From assembly GCA_964584495.1 (NCBI GenBank), contig CAZPAH010000001.1, positions 7,393 to 71,392 on the forward strand: a DNA stretch of 64,000 nucleotides, written 5' to 3'. This document shows, one piece after another, positions 17,589 through 27,228 of the stretch. Source of the DNA: an uncultured bacterium. Lineage in GTDB: Bacteria; Krumholzibacteriota; Krumholzibacteriia; Krumholzibacteriales; Krumholzibacteriaceae. Numbering within the stretch: the stretch's first letter is position 1; each line of letters starts with the position of its first letter. The notes below the pieces were generated by a model that did not search any database, had not been told where the DNA came from, and saw only the letters and a list, made by a program, of their open reading frames with translations. A program made the translations under genes and the position numbers.

Positions 17589-19754
17589 TCACTTTCCGGC
17601 CATCGGGCCGCTTATCTTCACCGCCTCATGCAGAACACGAGACATATCCTTCAGCCTGTAGGGCTTGACCAGGAAGGATATGGCCCCCTCGTTCAGGATC
17701 TTCTGGATAACGGAGTCTTCGCAGTATCCGCTCGATAATATCACCGGCAATTCCGGATCGATCTCCCTCAATCTGTGGAACGTCTCCTGCCCGTTCATCT
17801 CGGGCATGACCAGGTCCAGCAGCACCAGGTCCACCTTCTGCTCCCCGACTATCTCGATAGCCTCGTATCCGGAAAGCGCCGTCGAGACCTCGTACCCGAG
17901 CTTCCGCAGCATGTCGGAGGCGAGGCTGAGTATTATCTCTTCGTCGTCCACCACCAGCACCCTGCGTGGTCCGGCCGAAACGCTTTCCTCCGCATGCACG
18001 GCCGCCTCGAGATCCCTGTCGGTCACCGGCAGGAACACCTGCACCTCCGTTCCGGCGCCCACGTTGCTGGACATGAGCATCCGCCCCCTGTGCCCCTCTA
18101 TTATCCCGATCGATGCGGGTATGCCGAGACCCTTGCGGTTCTTGTCCTTCTTCGTCGTGAAAAACGGGTCCGCCGCTCGCCTGAGCACCTCGGATTCCAT
18201 TCCCGCTCCATGATCCTTCACTATTATCCGGATATACTCCCCCGTTTTCATCCCTTCCTTGAAGGCGGGGTGGTCCCTGTCCATCCTCTGATTTTCTATC
18301 GAGATATTAATGACCCCCCCGTTGGGCATCGATTCCCTCGCGTTCATGCAGATATTGAGAAAGGCTTCGTACATCTGGGCGGGATCCCCCTCTATGTTGA
18401 TCATCTCCGCCCTGCTTATCCTTGAGACCGAGATATGGTCCATCGGGAGAATGCAGCTCCTCGTGGCGCGGGCGAGGACCTCCCCGACATCCATCACCTC
18501 GAGATTGTACCGACCCTTTCTCGACATGGAAAGAAGCTGTCGGGTGAGCCTCGTCGCCCTGGCCCCGGCTTCCTCTATCTTCCTCAGCTGCATCACCCTC
18601 TCGTCGTACTCCGGGAGGGAGTTCCTGACGAGCGAGGCATATCCCATCATCGCTCCGATAAGATTGTTGTAGTCGTGCGCCACTCCGCCCGCAAGGGTGG
18701 CGACGCTTTCAAGGTGCTTTCCATCGAGAGCGTTCTGCTCCAGCATCCGGCTCTTGCTTACGTTTTCCAACGTGCCCTGTATGGCCCTGCTTCCCTTGAA
18801 ATCTATCGAATGAAGATGTATCTCTACTTCCGCTCCCGATGCGGCCAGCCTGTATACATGGTAGTACTTTTTCGGTGGAGCGTCCTCCTCGTGCAGGAAC
18901 CTTTCGATCATTCCATGGAGATCCGCCGCATCCTCCCCTATCAGAAAATCCTCCAGCCTTCCCCCCTTCACCCTCTCCGCGGGCGCGCCGAGAAGATCGG
19001 GTAGCCTTTCGCTGAAGAACTCCAGCCTCCCGTATGTAATAAGGAAGAATTGGCGCTCGCACGTGTCGATCAGCGCCTTGTACTTGCTCAGCTCCTTGTC
19101 CAGTGCGCGGATCTCCAGCCTTCGCTCCACCGCCAGCGCCAGCGTCTCCGAGAACTTCCCGATCAGCTCCTTCTCGGTTTCCGTGAAATCCCCTTCCGGG
19201 GTGAGGGCCAGTATCATAAGAGGCTCGCCCGAACGGTTTCTCTGGCTGATGAGGGTCGTTTTACGGCTTCCGTCGTCCTCTATCTTTCTGAAGATCGAGG
19301 CGAACGTGTCCTCGGCTAAGACCATCTCCTCGGCGAGCATCGTCAGCATCGCCTCCACATCATGTACCCCGAGAGTAACCGGCTTCTTCGTGGAAAAAAC
19401 CGTCTCGAGCCACGCGTCCACCTTCCGCGAGCTTCCGTTCTCGTAAGAGAATCCCTTCAGGTAGTGGAAATTGCCTTCCTTCGAGGATACGGTTCTTATG
19501 GTGGTCCGCATGCCCTTGAGATCTCTGATAACGATCGCCGCGTGCTGTAGATCGAAAAGATCGATAAGGTAGTTTGAGACGGCGTTCAGGGCATCATCGA
19601 TAGATTCCTGGGCCAGGAGGTTTTTACACATGAAGATGGCGCTGTCAAGCCCCAGCATTTCCCTGCCGGAGCGGGGTTCGCTCTTGCGGCTTCTCCCTGC
19701 GGTCGCCTTCTTGCTCTCTTTTCCCCCGTTGTCGTGCAGGCCGGATTCTTTCAT
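17589..19754 (-). CDS. hybrid sensor histidine kinase (GAF/PAS - HisKA - HATPase - receiver)
   Basis: H-box VAHDYNNLI, HATPase G boxes, C-terminal REC (VLVVDDEE...DLVMPEMNG). Confidence 0.8.
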   Translation of the reverse strand: MKESGLHDNGGKESKKATAGRSRKSEPRSGREMLGLDSAIFMCKNLLAQESIDDALNAVSNYLIDLFDLQHAAIVIRDLKGMRTTIRTVSSKEGNFHYLKGFSYENGSSRKVDAWLETVFSTKKPVTLGVHDVEAMLTMLAEEMVLAEDTFASIFRKIEDDGSRKTTLISQRNRSGEPLMILALTPEGDFTETEKELIGKFSETLALAVERRLEIRALDKELSKYKALIDTCERQFFLITYGRLEFFSERLPDLLGAPAERVKGGRLEDFLIGEDAADLHGMIERFLHEEDAPPKKYYHVYRLAASGAEVEIHLHSIDFKGSRAIQGTLENVSKSRMLEQNALDGKHLESVATLAGGVAHDYNNLIGAMMGYASLVRNSLPEYDERVMQLRKIEEAGARATRLTRQLLSMSRKGRYNLEVMDVGEVLARATRSCILPMDHISVSRISRAEMINIEGDPAQMYEAFLNICMNARESMPNGGVINISIENQRMDRDHPAFKEGMKTGEYIRIIVKDHGAGMESEVLRRAADPFFTTKKDKNRKGLGIPASIGIIEGHRGRMLMSSNVGAGTEVQVFLPVTDRDLEAAVHAEESVSAGPRRVLVVDDEEIILSLASDMLRKLGYEVSTALSGYEAIEIVGEQKVDLVLLDLVMPEMNGQETFHRLREIDPELPVILSSGYCEDSVIQKILNEGAISFLVKPYRLKDMSRVLHEAVKISGPMAGK

Positions 19755-19893
19755 CTCTCCTCGGTCCCCGCGGAAAAAGTGATATCCTCCGGGTTACCCT
19801 TCCATCACATTGAATCAGATCGACGGCCTCCCGGTCAATAACCTTTTATTTCCGCATCCCCTACCGAGCCTCTTGGTAGCCGGCTTAAATCCG

Positions 19894-19923
19894 AAAAAAA
19901 CGGGCGCCCGGAATGACGCCCGT
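19894..19923 (-). terminator. rho-independent terminator for CsgG-like gene
   Basis: Minus-strand ACGGGCG / 10-nt loop / CGCCCGT followed by TTTTTTT. Confidence 0.6.
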
Positions 19924-19971
19924 CCATTCTTTCGATTTCATCCTCGTCCCGGCCGAGGGGTCCGGTGCCGG

Positions 19972-20877
19972 CTACTTCAGGGAAACCATGTCCCCCGTCT
20001 CGAAGCCGCTTCCTTCCACAGCCTCCACCGTCGTGATCCCATCCTCCACCTCGGTGGCCTTAACGACGCCCACGTTCTCGTAGAGAACCTTGAGGATCTT
20101 GCCGGTCTTGGGGTGCTTGACGACCTTGGTCCTGCGCTTTACCTCGAAGACCATCCCATTCTTTATGCCAAGCTCGGTTCCCCCGTCTATGAAGAGCAGA
20201 TCGTCGGCGGTGATCAGAAGCCCCTGCCAGGGCCGATTCGCCACCTGCTCCTCGAGCTTTTCTACGATTCCGTTGATAACCTTCCGCGTCGCCTTGCCAA
20301 CAACATGATCGTCGAATTTCTTCTGGTCTCCGAAGCTGAACTCGTTGGTCGAGAGGCCCAGCGAGCGCGAGGTTTCCTCCTTGGTCACAGCGTCAGCCCA
20401 GAGCACCTCGCCGGTGCCGATATCGATCAGACGCAGGTCGACCGCCACCCGTCCCGTGTACGAGCCGACGCCTGCCCTGCCTCCCAGCTTCTTAAGGGCT
20501 CCTCCCGCCTTGCTCTCCTTGTAGCCGAACTCTGTTATGGTGGCTTTCACAAGAATATCGCCGATCTCGAGCTTCTGCTCGACATTCGCGTTGGGGTTGG
20601 CGAGATCGGACATGCTCAGGTTCTTCTCGGCCAGCAACTCGTCGAGCGCCGCGCGTTCGAAAACGCGGAACTTGCCAGTCTTGACAAGCGCCGTGATGAG
20701 CATGTCGGCCATGCCGGTTCCGGGATGCGGGCCGTGGTACCAGGTGTGCTGGGACTTATCCACGAACTCGCCCACGATGACGCGGAACTTGATCGCCGGT
20801 TCCTGCGCCCCGGCGATCGAGGCCAGGGCGGCCGTGAGGATCAGAGCCGCCATCAGGCTCAAAGAGATTTTCTTCAT
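19972..20877 (-). CDS. CsgG-family (curli secretion channel-like) lipoprotein
   Basis: Signal peptide plus full-length CsgG-like fold similarity (FRVFERAALDELLAE..., IDIGTGEVLWA...). Confidence 0.65.
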   Translation of the reverse strand: MKKISLSLMAALILTAALASIAGAQEPAIKFRVIVGEFVDKSQHTWYHGPHPGTGMADMLITALVKTGKFRVFERAALDELLAEKNLSMSDLANPNANVEQKLEIGDILVKATITEFGYKESKAGGALKKLGGRAGVGSYTGRVAVDLRLIDIGTGEVLWADAVTKEETSRSLGLSTNEFSFGDQKKFDDHVVGKATRKVINGIVEKLEEQVANRPWQGLLITADDLLFIDGGTELGIKNGMVFEVKRRTKVVKHPKTGKILKVLYENVGVVKATEVEDGITTVEAVEGSGFETGDMVSLK

Positions 20878-21000
20878 CGTTCAACCCCTCTCTCTATTCC
20901 GGTTAAAAGAAATCAACCCGCCTCCGTTCGGCCCGCCGCGCACCGCCCCACAGGGACCAGGTCCGGCTTTTCGAACAGGGCGCTTATTTACAATCCCGGC

Positions 21001-21525
21001 TTACTGCAGCTCTTCGACCTTTTTCTTCATCGCCTTCCAATCGAAGCTCTTCGCTATCTTCATCCCCTCTTCCTCCTTGATCCCCTCGAAGGTCAGGATG
21101 AAGACTGCGCCTTTATCTTTTTCGGGGGTGAGAACAACCGTTATTGAGCCCGTTTCATCATCTTTTTCAAACAGCAAATGAACGGGGAACCCGTCGATCT
21201 CCTTCATCTCGAGCTTGCCTTCCGACGACTCGTATTTCATCTCTCCCTGTCCCCCGTATGCCCCCGCCATCGAGCCCTGCCCTATAGTTATCATGGCGCT
21301 GATCTCGTTGTCCCCCTTCTTGTACGTTCTCATCGCCTGGACCATCTTCATCCCCATCATGTCCATCTCCATCCCCTCGGGATCTTCTCCCTTCCATCCC
21401 TTGACATCTTTCAGAAGCCCGTAAAGCTGCTCGTGTTTCTCCGCGTGAAGGTCCGCCGGAGCGACCGCCTGGAACAGAAAAACGACGGCCAGCGTCAGGG
21501 CCGAAAAGAGCGTTGCTCTAAGCAT
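21001..21525 (-). CDS. secreted hypothetical protein, Met-rich segment (MEMDMMGMKMVQAM)
   Basis: Signal peptide; coding-like composition; no recognisable domain. Confidence 0.45.
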   Translation of the reverse strand: MLRATLFSALTLAVVFLFQAVAPADLHAEKHEQLYGLLKDVKGWKGEDPEGMEMDMMGMKMVQAMRTYKKGDNEISAMITIGQGSMAGAYGGQGEMKYESSEGKLEMKEIDGFPVHLLFEKDDETGSITVVLTPEKDKGAVFILTFEGIKEEEGMKIAKSFDWKAMKKKVEELQ

Positions 21526-21855
21526 TCGAATTCCTCCCGTTCAAGAAAACCCCCTTATTTACAGCTTAAGATACCTTGCCTTCGAGAAAAAATATTACAC
21601 CATTCCCCAGCCGCAATAAACAAAAAAGTTGCCATATGAAACTATCTTCTTGCCGGCCGGGCGGTTCCGCCGATCCGTCCGTGGGAAACGGACGTCTCTC
21701 CCCCGGCTGGCCGAAACGGGCCCGGGCCAGGGATAAAACAGCTTGACGCTGACGCTTCGGCGTTGCTAGGTTTCATTTGCGGCCTCGTAACTTTCCCCCC
21801 GGGGCCGTCCGAGCGAGGCGCCCGCCCGCCGGTTTTCGAACAGACTGGAGGCGTT

Positions 21856-23094
21856 ATGGATTCGAAGATGATCAAAAAGATATATGACAAGATAGACGGT
21901 TATGCAGATTCGATGATAGAGTTGCAGACGGGCTTGACCGCTATCCCCGCCCTCGGACCGGAGAACGACGGAGAGGGAGAGGCCGAAAAGGCGGCGTTTC
22001 TCGAAGAGTGGCTGGAAAGAGAGATCGGATTCGATATCGTCGAGCACTACGATGCCCCGGACGACAGAGTCCCCTCGGGCTCGAGGCCGAATATCATAGC
22101 AATCATGAAAGGCTCTTCCTCCGACAGGAAGATCTGGGTCATGGGACACATCGACGTGGTCCCTCCGGGCGACCTTAATAAGTGGGACACCGACCCCTAT
22201 AAAGTTGTTGTCAAGGACGGCAAGTTGTTCGGCCGTGGTACCGAGGATAACCAGCACGGGATCGTCATTCCCCTCTTCGCCCTCAAAGCGATCAAGGAGC
22301 TCGGCTTCCCCCTGCCCTACGACGTCGGGGTGGCCCTTGTCTCCGACGAGGAGACGGGAAGCGGACACGGCATAGGATACCTGCTGGACAAATGTGCCCG
22401 TTTCGGCAAGGACGATTTCATTCTCGTCCCCGACGCGGGCGAGCCGAGCGGGGCGATGATAGAGGTGGCGGAGAAATCGATCTATTGGCTGAAGGTCGAG
22501 ACTAAAGGGAAGCAGTGCCACGCCTCGACCCCCGCGGCGGGAGTCAACGCTCATTTCGCCGCGGCTAACCTGATAACGCGCCTCGCCGCTCTTTACGATA
22601 TTTTCGATCTTCGCGACGAGGTTTTCGATCCACCGATATCGACCTTCGAAGCGACGAAGAAGGAGGCGAACGTACCCAATATAAACACGATTCCCGGTGA
22701 CGACGTCTTTTACCTCGACATGCGCGTGCTGCCCGGGATCGATCTCGCCGATGTCGATTCCGAGATAAGGAATATCGCCGATGGCGTGGAGAAGGAGTTC
22801 GACGTCAAGATAACGACATCCTCGGCGCAGAAAGAGGTCGCTGCGCCGGCCACCGCCGCGGACGCTCCCGTTGTCAAGGCGCTCGCCGCGTCGATAAAGG
22901 ATGTCTACGGGATCGAAGCTCGTCCCATGGGTATAGGGGGTGGCACGGTCGCGGCATTCTTCAGGCGCAGGGGGTTTTCAGCCGTAGTCTGGTCGAAGAT
23001 AGAGGATACCTGCCACCAGCCGAACGAGTTTACAACGGTCGAAAATATGGTCGGGGACTCGAAGGTTCTCGCCCACCTGTTCATGCAGGGGTGA
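21856..23094 (+). CDS. M20-family metallopeptidase (ArgE/DapE/acetylornithine deacetylase-like)
   Basis: HIDVVPPGD, LVSDEETG and dimerisation-domain similarity; ATG 21856 with GGAG RBS chosen over the upstream in-frame extension. Confidence 0.8.
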   Translation: MDSKMIKKIYDKIDGYADSMIELQTGLTAIPALGPENDGEGEAEKAAFLEEWLEREIGFDIVEHYDAPDDRVPSGSRPNIIAIMKGSSSDRKIWVMGHIDVVPPGDLNKWDTDPYKVVVKDGKLFGRGTEDNQHGIVIPLFALKAIKELGFPLPYDVGVALVSDEETGSGHGIGYLLDKCARFGKDDFILVPDAGEPSGAMIEVAEKSIYWLKVETKGKQCHASTPAAGVNAHFAAANLITRLAALYDIFDLRDEVFDPPISTFEATKKEANVPNINTIPGDDVFYLDMRVLPGIDLADVDSEIRNIADGVEKEFDVKITTSSAQKEVAAPATAADAPVVKALAASIKDVYGIEARPMGIGGGTVAAFFRRRGFSAVVWSKIEDTCHQPNEFTTVENMVGDSKVLAHLFMQG

Positions 23095-23095
23095 T

Positions 23096-24514
23096 TCAAC
23101 CCGGCAGGACCAAAAGCCTGGTTTCGCAAAGCTCCCTAATCGCGTACCTCAACCCTTCGCGGCCGGTCCCCGATTCCTTCACGCCACCGTAAGGCATCCT
23201 GTCGACCCTGAATGTCGGTACATCCCCCGCGATCACCCCGCCGACCTCGAGTTCCTCGAAAGCCTTTCTTATCCTGCCGAAATCGCGCGTGTATACCCCC
23301 GCCTGCAGACCGTACTTCGAGTCGTTCACGGATTCGACCGCCTCGTCGAAATCGTCGTACCCGAAAACGGCGGCGACCGGCCCGAAGACCTCCTCGTCCA
23401 CCACCTTCATCCCTGCGGCGGCGTTCCTGATGACGGCCGGCTCGATGAAAGCGCCCTTTCTGCGCCCGCCGCAGACGAGGTTCGCTCCCCCCGCGAGCGC
23501 TTCCTCTACCCAGCTCTCGACCCTCACCGCCTCGCCCTGCGTAATCATCGGCCCGATCTCGGTGTCCTCATCCTCGGGATCTCCGGTCTTCAGCGAGGAC
23601 ACCCTCCCGGAGAAATCCTTAAGGAAATCTTCCAAGATGCTGTTGTGAACGAATACCCTCTGAACCGATATGCATACCTGCCCCGAAAAGGCATATGCGC
23701 CGGTCACTATCCTTTCCAGCGCTCCGGGCATATCGTCCCAGTCTTCATGCAGGATGACGGCGGCGTTCCCGCCGAGCTCGAGAGTGACCCTCTTGTCCCA
23801 GGCCTGCCTTTTCAACGCCCAGCCTACCGGCGCGCTCCCGGTGAATGTGACCTTGCGTATCCTTCGGTCGGAGCAGAGTCCGGATGCCTCCCTCCCCGTC
23901 ATCGGCAACACGCTCAGCATTCCGTCCACCGCCCCCGCCGAATCGATCACGTCGGCCAGCATGAGAGCGGTCAGCGGGGTCTCGCTCGACGGTTTCAATA
24001 TCACGGGGCATCCCGCCGCGATGGCGGGGGCGATCTTGTGCGCTACCAGGTTCAGGGGGAAGTTGAACGGTGTTATGGCCAGAACCGGCCCAAGGGGAAA
24101 CAGCCCGGTTATCCCGGCCTTTCCCCTTGTCGCGGGGGAGACGTCGAGGCGTATCACCTCTCCGGCGATCCCGCCGCACTCCCGGGCAGCCTCCCTGAAA
24201 GTCATCACGGCCCTGGAGACCTCCCCCCTCGCATACTTCATCGGCTTGCCCGACTCCCGGGCTATCATCCGCGCGAACTTGTCGGCCTCAGCCTCCAGAC
24301 CGAGGGCCGTTCTCTCAAGCAGCCCCTCCTTCTCGTAAGCCGGCATCTTCCTGGAAACGGCGAACGCCTCGGCAGCTTGGGAAACCGCCTTCTCTATGGA
24401 TTCCTGTCCCGGCCTGAGGGCGCGCCCCACGATATCCCCGCTGTACGGGGAGGTGACGTCGAATATTTCCCCTTCGTGGGACCATCTCCCACAGAGATAA
24501 CAGAGCTTTTCCAT
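23096..24514 (-). CDS. NAD(P)+-dependent aldehyde dehydrogenase
   Basis: ELGGNAAVIL, catalytic Cys context GQVCISVQRVFV, cofactor-binding GSAPVGW. Confidence 0.85.
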   Translation of the reverse strand: MEKLCYLCGRWSHEGEIFDVTSPYSGDIVGRALRPGQESIEKAVSQAAEAFAVSRKMPAYEKEGLLERTALGLEAEADKFARMIARESGKPMKYARGEVSRAVMTFREAARECGGIAGEVIRLDVSPATRGKAGITGLFPLGPVLAITPFNFPLNLVAHKIAPAIAAGCPVILKPSSETPLTALMLADVIDSAGAVDGMLSVLPMTGREASGLCSDRRIRKVTFTGSAPVGWALKRQAWDKRVTLELGGNAAVILHEDWDDMPGALERIVTGAYAFSGQVCISVQRVFVHNSILEDFLKDFSGRVSSLKTGDPEDEDTEIGPMITQGEAVRVESWVEEALAGGANLVCGGRRKGAFIEPAVIRNAAAGMKVVDEEVFGPVAAVFGYDDFDEAVESVNDSKYGLQAGVYTRDFGRIRKAFEELEVGGVIAGDVPTFRVDRMPYGGVKESGTGREGLRYAIRELCETRLLVLPG

Positions 24515-24603
24515 AAACCTCCCGCTTTCTCCAAATAGAATGTTCCCTTTTTACTGTTCATAATGGTACAATACATCGAAACTTGTTCCCGTGGGAGACC
24601 GCC

Positions 24604-25896
24604 ATGTTCACGAAAAACCTTTTTTTCCTGGCCGTTTTCCTCGTCCTGAGCTATCTCTTTTTCTGGATCTGCGTCGACAACGGTTTCTGGAACAGTTACG
24701 ACTACGTTTCCCTCGAGAACAGCCTCCTTATGAAGGAGAATCTCTCCAACGCCTTCAACAGCCGGGACCCCTTCAAGTTTCAACCCCTTGTTTACAGCAT
24801 TCACTATCTCCTGTTCAAATATTTCTTTTTCGACGCCAGAGGGTACTTCATTTTCAACATACTCCTTCACGGATTCAACTCGCTGCTCGTTTTCCTTCTG
24901 GTGAAGACCATCCTGAAGGACCGGACCGTGGCTTTTCTCTCGGGTCTCCTCTTCGTTTTCACCGTCGGGAGCTATGGCAAATCGATAATGATAGCTTCGG
25001 GGCTGGAGGATCTAGTCATAACGTCGCTGACGCTTCTCACGATGATATTCTATTTCAAAAACGAGCTCGACAGCGGGGGTAAGATAGGGAGCGTAAAATA
25101 TCTTTTCACGCTTCTCTTCTTCGTCGCCTCGATCTTTACGAGGAGCACCAGCTTCTCGATACTCGGCGCCTTTCTGGCTTTCAACATCTTCTTCCGTTCT
25201 GAGACGGGTAAACCCGCATTCCACGCGGGCTTCATCATTCTCCTGTGCATCGCGGTCGTCTCGCTGGTAATCAAGACCACCGTCCTGCACTATTCGCCGC
25301 CCTTCTACACCAGGAACCCGGGTGCGCTGAAGTTCATCTTTTACGCTTTCAAGAACGTGATCAACTATCTCGTCAGGATGATATTCCCGATCCATACTTC
25401 CAACCTTGTCACCGATAGCGGGCCGGCCGTAAGGTTCATCTACCGTTTTGCTACGGAGATAAGGATTCTCATAGCCCTTACCGTTCTCTCCTACTCGTTC
25501 TTCGGTTTCGTTTTCGGTAACAGGGCCATACGTTTTTTCATCGCATGGACCTATATCATGGTCATCCCCTTCGCTTTCTTCCAGTTCCCCAACGACTGGC
25601 TGAACATCCGGCATCTCTATCTTGTTTCGGTGGGATTCGTCACGGTAATATCGGCCGGGGCCGTCTTCTGCTCCAGGCTTATCGCCTCCCACAGGTGGCG
25701 GCGTTTCGTTCCGTTCGCCGTGCCCGTCGCATTCATCGTCCTGTCCAGATTCATAGTGGTGCAGCTCGACCACAGCTACGAGATTAAGGCCGCCGCCGCC
25801 GCTACCGACGAGTACAGGAAGGCCCTGACGGAAAAGTTTCCATATGTAAAAGACGAGGACGGGGTGCTGGAGATGATCGAGCAGCCGCCCCGCTGA
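24604..25896 (+). CDS. polytopic integral membrane protein, possibly GT-C-fold glycosyltransferase (ArnT/PMT-like)
   Basis: About 11 predicted TM helices; N-terminal region pattern resembles GT39/GT83 family; specific function uncertain. Confidence 0.45.
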   Translation: MFTKNLFFLAVFLVLSYLFFWICVDNGFWNSYDYVSLENSLLMKENLSNAFNSRDPFKFQPLVYSIHYLLFKYFFFDARGYFIFNILLHGFNSLLVFLLVKTILKDRTVAFLSGLLFVFTVGSYGKSIMIASGLEDLVITSLTLLTMIFYFKNELDSGGKIGSVKYLFTLLFFVASIFTRSTSFSILGAFLAFNIFFRSETGKPAFHAGFIILLCIAVVSLVIKTTVLHYSPPFYTRNPGALKFIFYAFKNVINYLVRMIFPIHTSNLVTDSGPAVRFIYRFATEIRILIALTVLSYSFFGFVFGNRAIRFFIAWTYIMVIPFAFFQFPNDWLNIRHLYLVSVGFVTVISAGAVFCSRLIASHRWRRFVPFAVPVAFIVLSRFIVVQLDHSYEIKAAAAATDEYRKALTEKFPYVKDEDGVLEMIEQPPR

Positions 25897-25915
25897 CCCT
25901 CCCAGCGCAGACGGC

Positions 25916-27226
25916 TCAGACAGGCCGGATCTTCAGCCTTTCTCCTCTCTCGATCCTTCCGAGATCCCTCTTGCTGATCCTTGCGCGGAAGATCATATCG
26001 TTTCCCTCGACCCTGCGATCTATTATCCTGGCGCTCTCCTCGATCGCCGCAATGATCTTGCCCTCGCCGGCCGACACCGTCATCTCGACCTCGATACCTG
26101 TAGAGTCGATCCGCCGACCTATCAGCTCTAGAAGCCCGTCGACGCCGTCTCCTGACGCGGCGCTTATCATCACGGCCTCCGGGAACCGCTTCCTTATCCT
26201 CCCCGCCTCCAACCCCACGGCCGGCATGTCGCACTTGTTAAAAACGAGTATCGACCTGGCCTGAATCGGGGGCCGGCCCGCGCCCCCTTCCCCCCCAAGA
26301 ACCTTTTCGAGAACCTTTTCGACGATTTCTATCCTTTCCTCGTAAGATTCCGATGTCGAATCGACGAGATGCAGCAGCAGGTCTGCTTCCTCCACGTCCA
26401 GGAGGGTCGCGCGGAAGCTGGCGACCAGGTGGGCGGGCAGCTTTCTTATGAACCCGACCGTATCGGTGAGCAGAAAGGTTTCCCCGCCGGCCGAAACGCG
26501 TCTCGTCGTCGAGTCGAGCGTGGAAAAGAGGCTGCCGCTCTCTACCACTCCGCTCCCCGCGATACGGTTGAGGAGGGTCGATTTCCCCGCGTTCGTGTAC
26601 CCGACGATCGTTACGTTGAATTCCCTCTTCCTCTTCTTGCGCCTCTCCGCCGCGCCGCGGTCGATCCTCTTCAATTCCTTGCCGAGATGGGATATCTTTT
26701 CCCTTACCTTCCTCCTGTCGACCTCGAGCTGTGTCTCGCCCGGACCCCTCGTGCCGATTCCGCCCGCCTGCCGCGAGAGATGATCCCACAGCCGCCTAAG
26801 CCTCGGGAGGGCATACTTCAACTGGGCTATCTCCACCTGGATCCTGGCCTGCCTCGTTCTAGCCCTTCGCGAAAAGATATCGAGTATAAGCTCGGTTCTG
26901 TCGATGACGTTTATTTTCAAGGCGGCTTCTATATTCCGCGCCTGCGCCGGAGAGAGATCGTCGTCGAATATCACGAGATTGGCGCCGTTGCCGGCGATTA
27001 GGGCCGAGATCTCCTCGAGTTTTCCCTTGCCGATATAGGTCGATCCGTCGATGCGCGTCTTCTGCTGAATGAGGCGGCCGATCACGTCCGCGCCCGCCGT
27101 CTCTGCGAGCTGCTTCAGCTCGTCCAGGTTCTCGGCCTCTTTGGCCAGACTCGATCCCGGGAGTTTCACTCCTACGAGAAACGCTCTTTCTTCGGGGGTT
27201 TTCGCGGTCTGTGTGAAGAAGGGCAT
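25916..27226 (-). CDS. hflX: GTPase HflX
   Basis: HflX N-domain plus G-domain motifs GYTNAGKST, DTVGF, NKCD. Confidence 0.85.
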   Translation of the reverse strand: MPFFTQTAKTPEERAFLVGVKLPGSSLAKEAENLDELKQLAETAGADVIGRLIQQKTRIDGSTYIGKGKLEEISALIAGNGANLVIFDDDLSPAQARNIEAALKINVIDRTELILDIFSRRARTRQARIQVEIAQLKYALPRLRRLWDHLSRQAGGIGTRGPGETQLEVDRRKVREKISHLGKELKRIDRGAAERRKKRKREFNVTIVGYTNAGKSTLLNRIAGSGVVESGSLFSTLDSTTRRVSAGGETFLLTDTVGFIRKLPAHLVASFRATLLDVEEADLLLHLVDSTSESYEERIEIVEKVLEKVLGGEGGAGRPPIQARSILVFNKCDMPAVGLEAGRIRKRFPEAVMISAASGDGVDGLLELIGRRIDSTGIEVEMTVSAGEGKIIAAIEESARIIDRRVEGNDMIFRARISKRDLGRIERGERLKIRPV

Positions 27227-27228
27227 AT

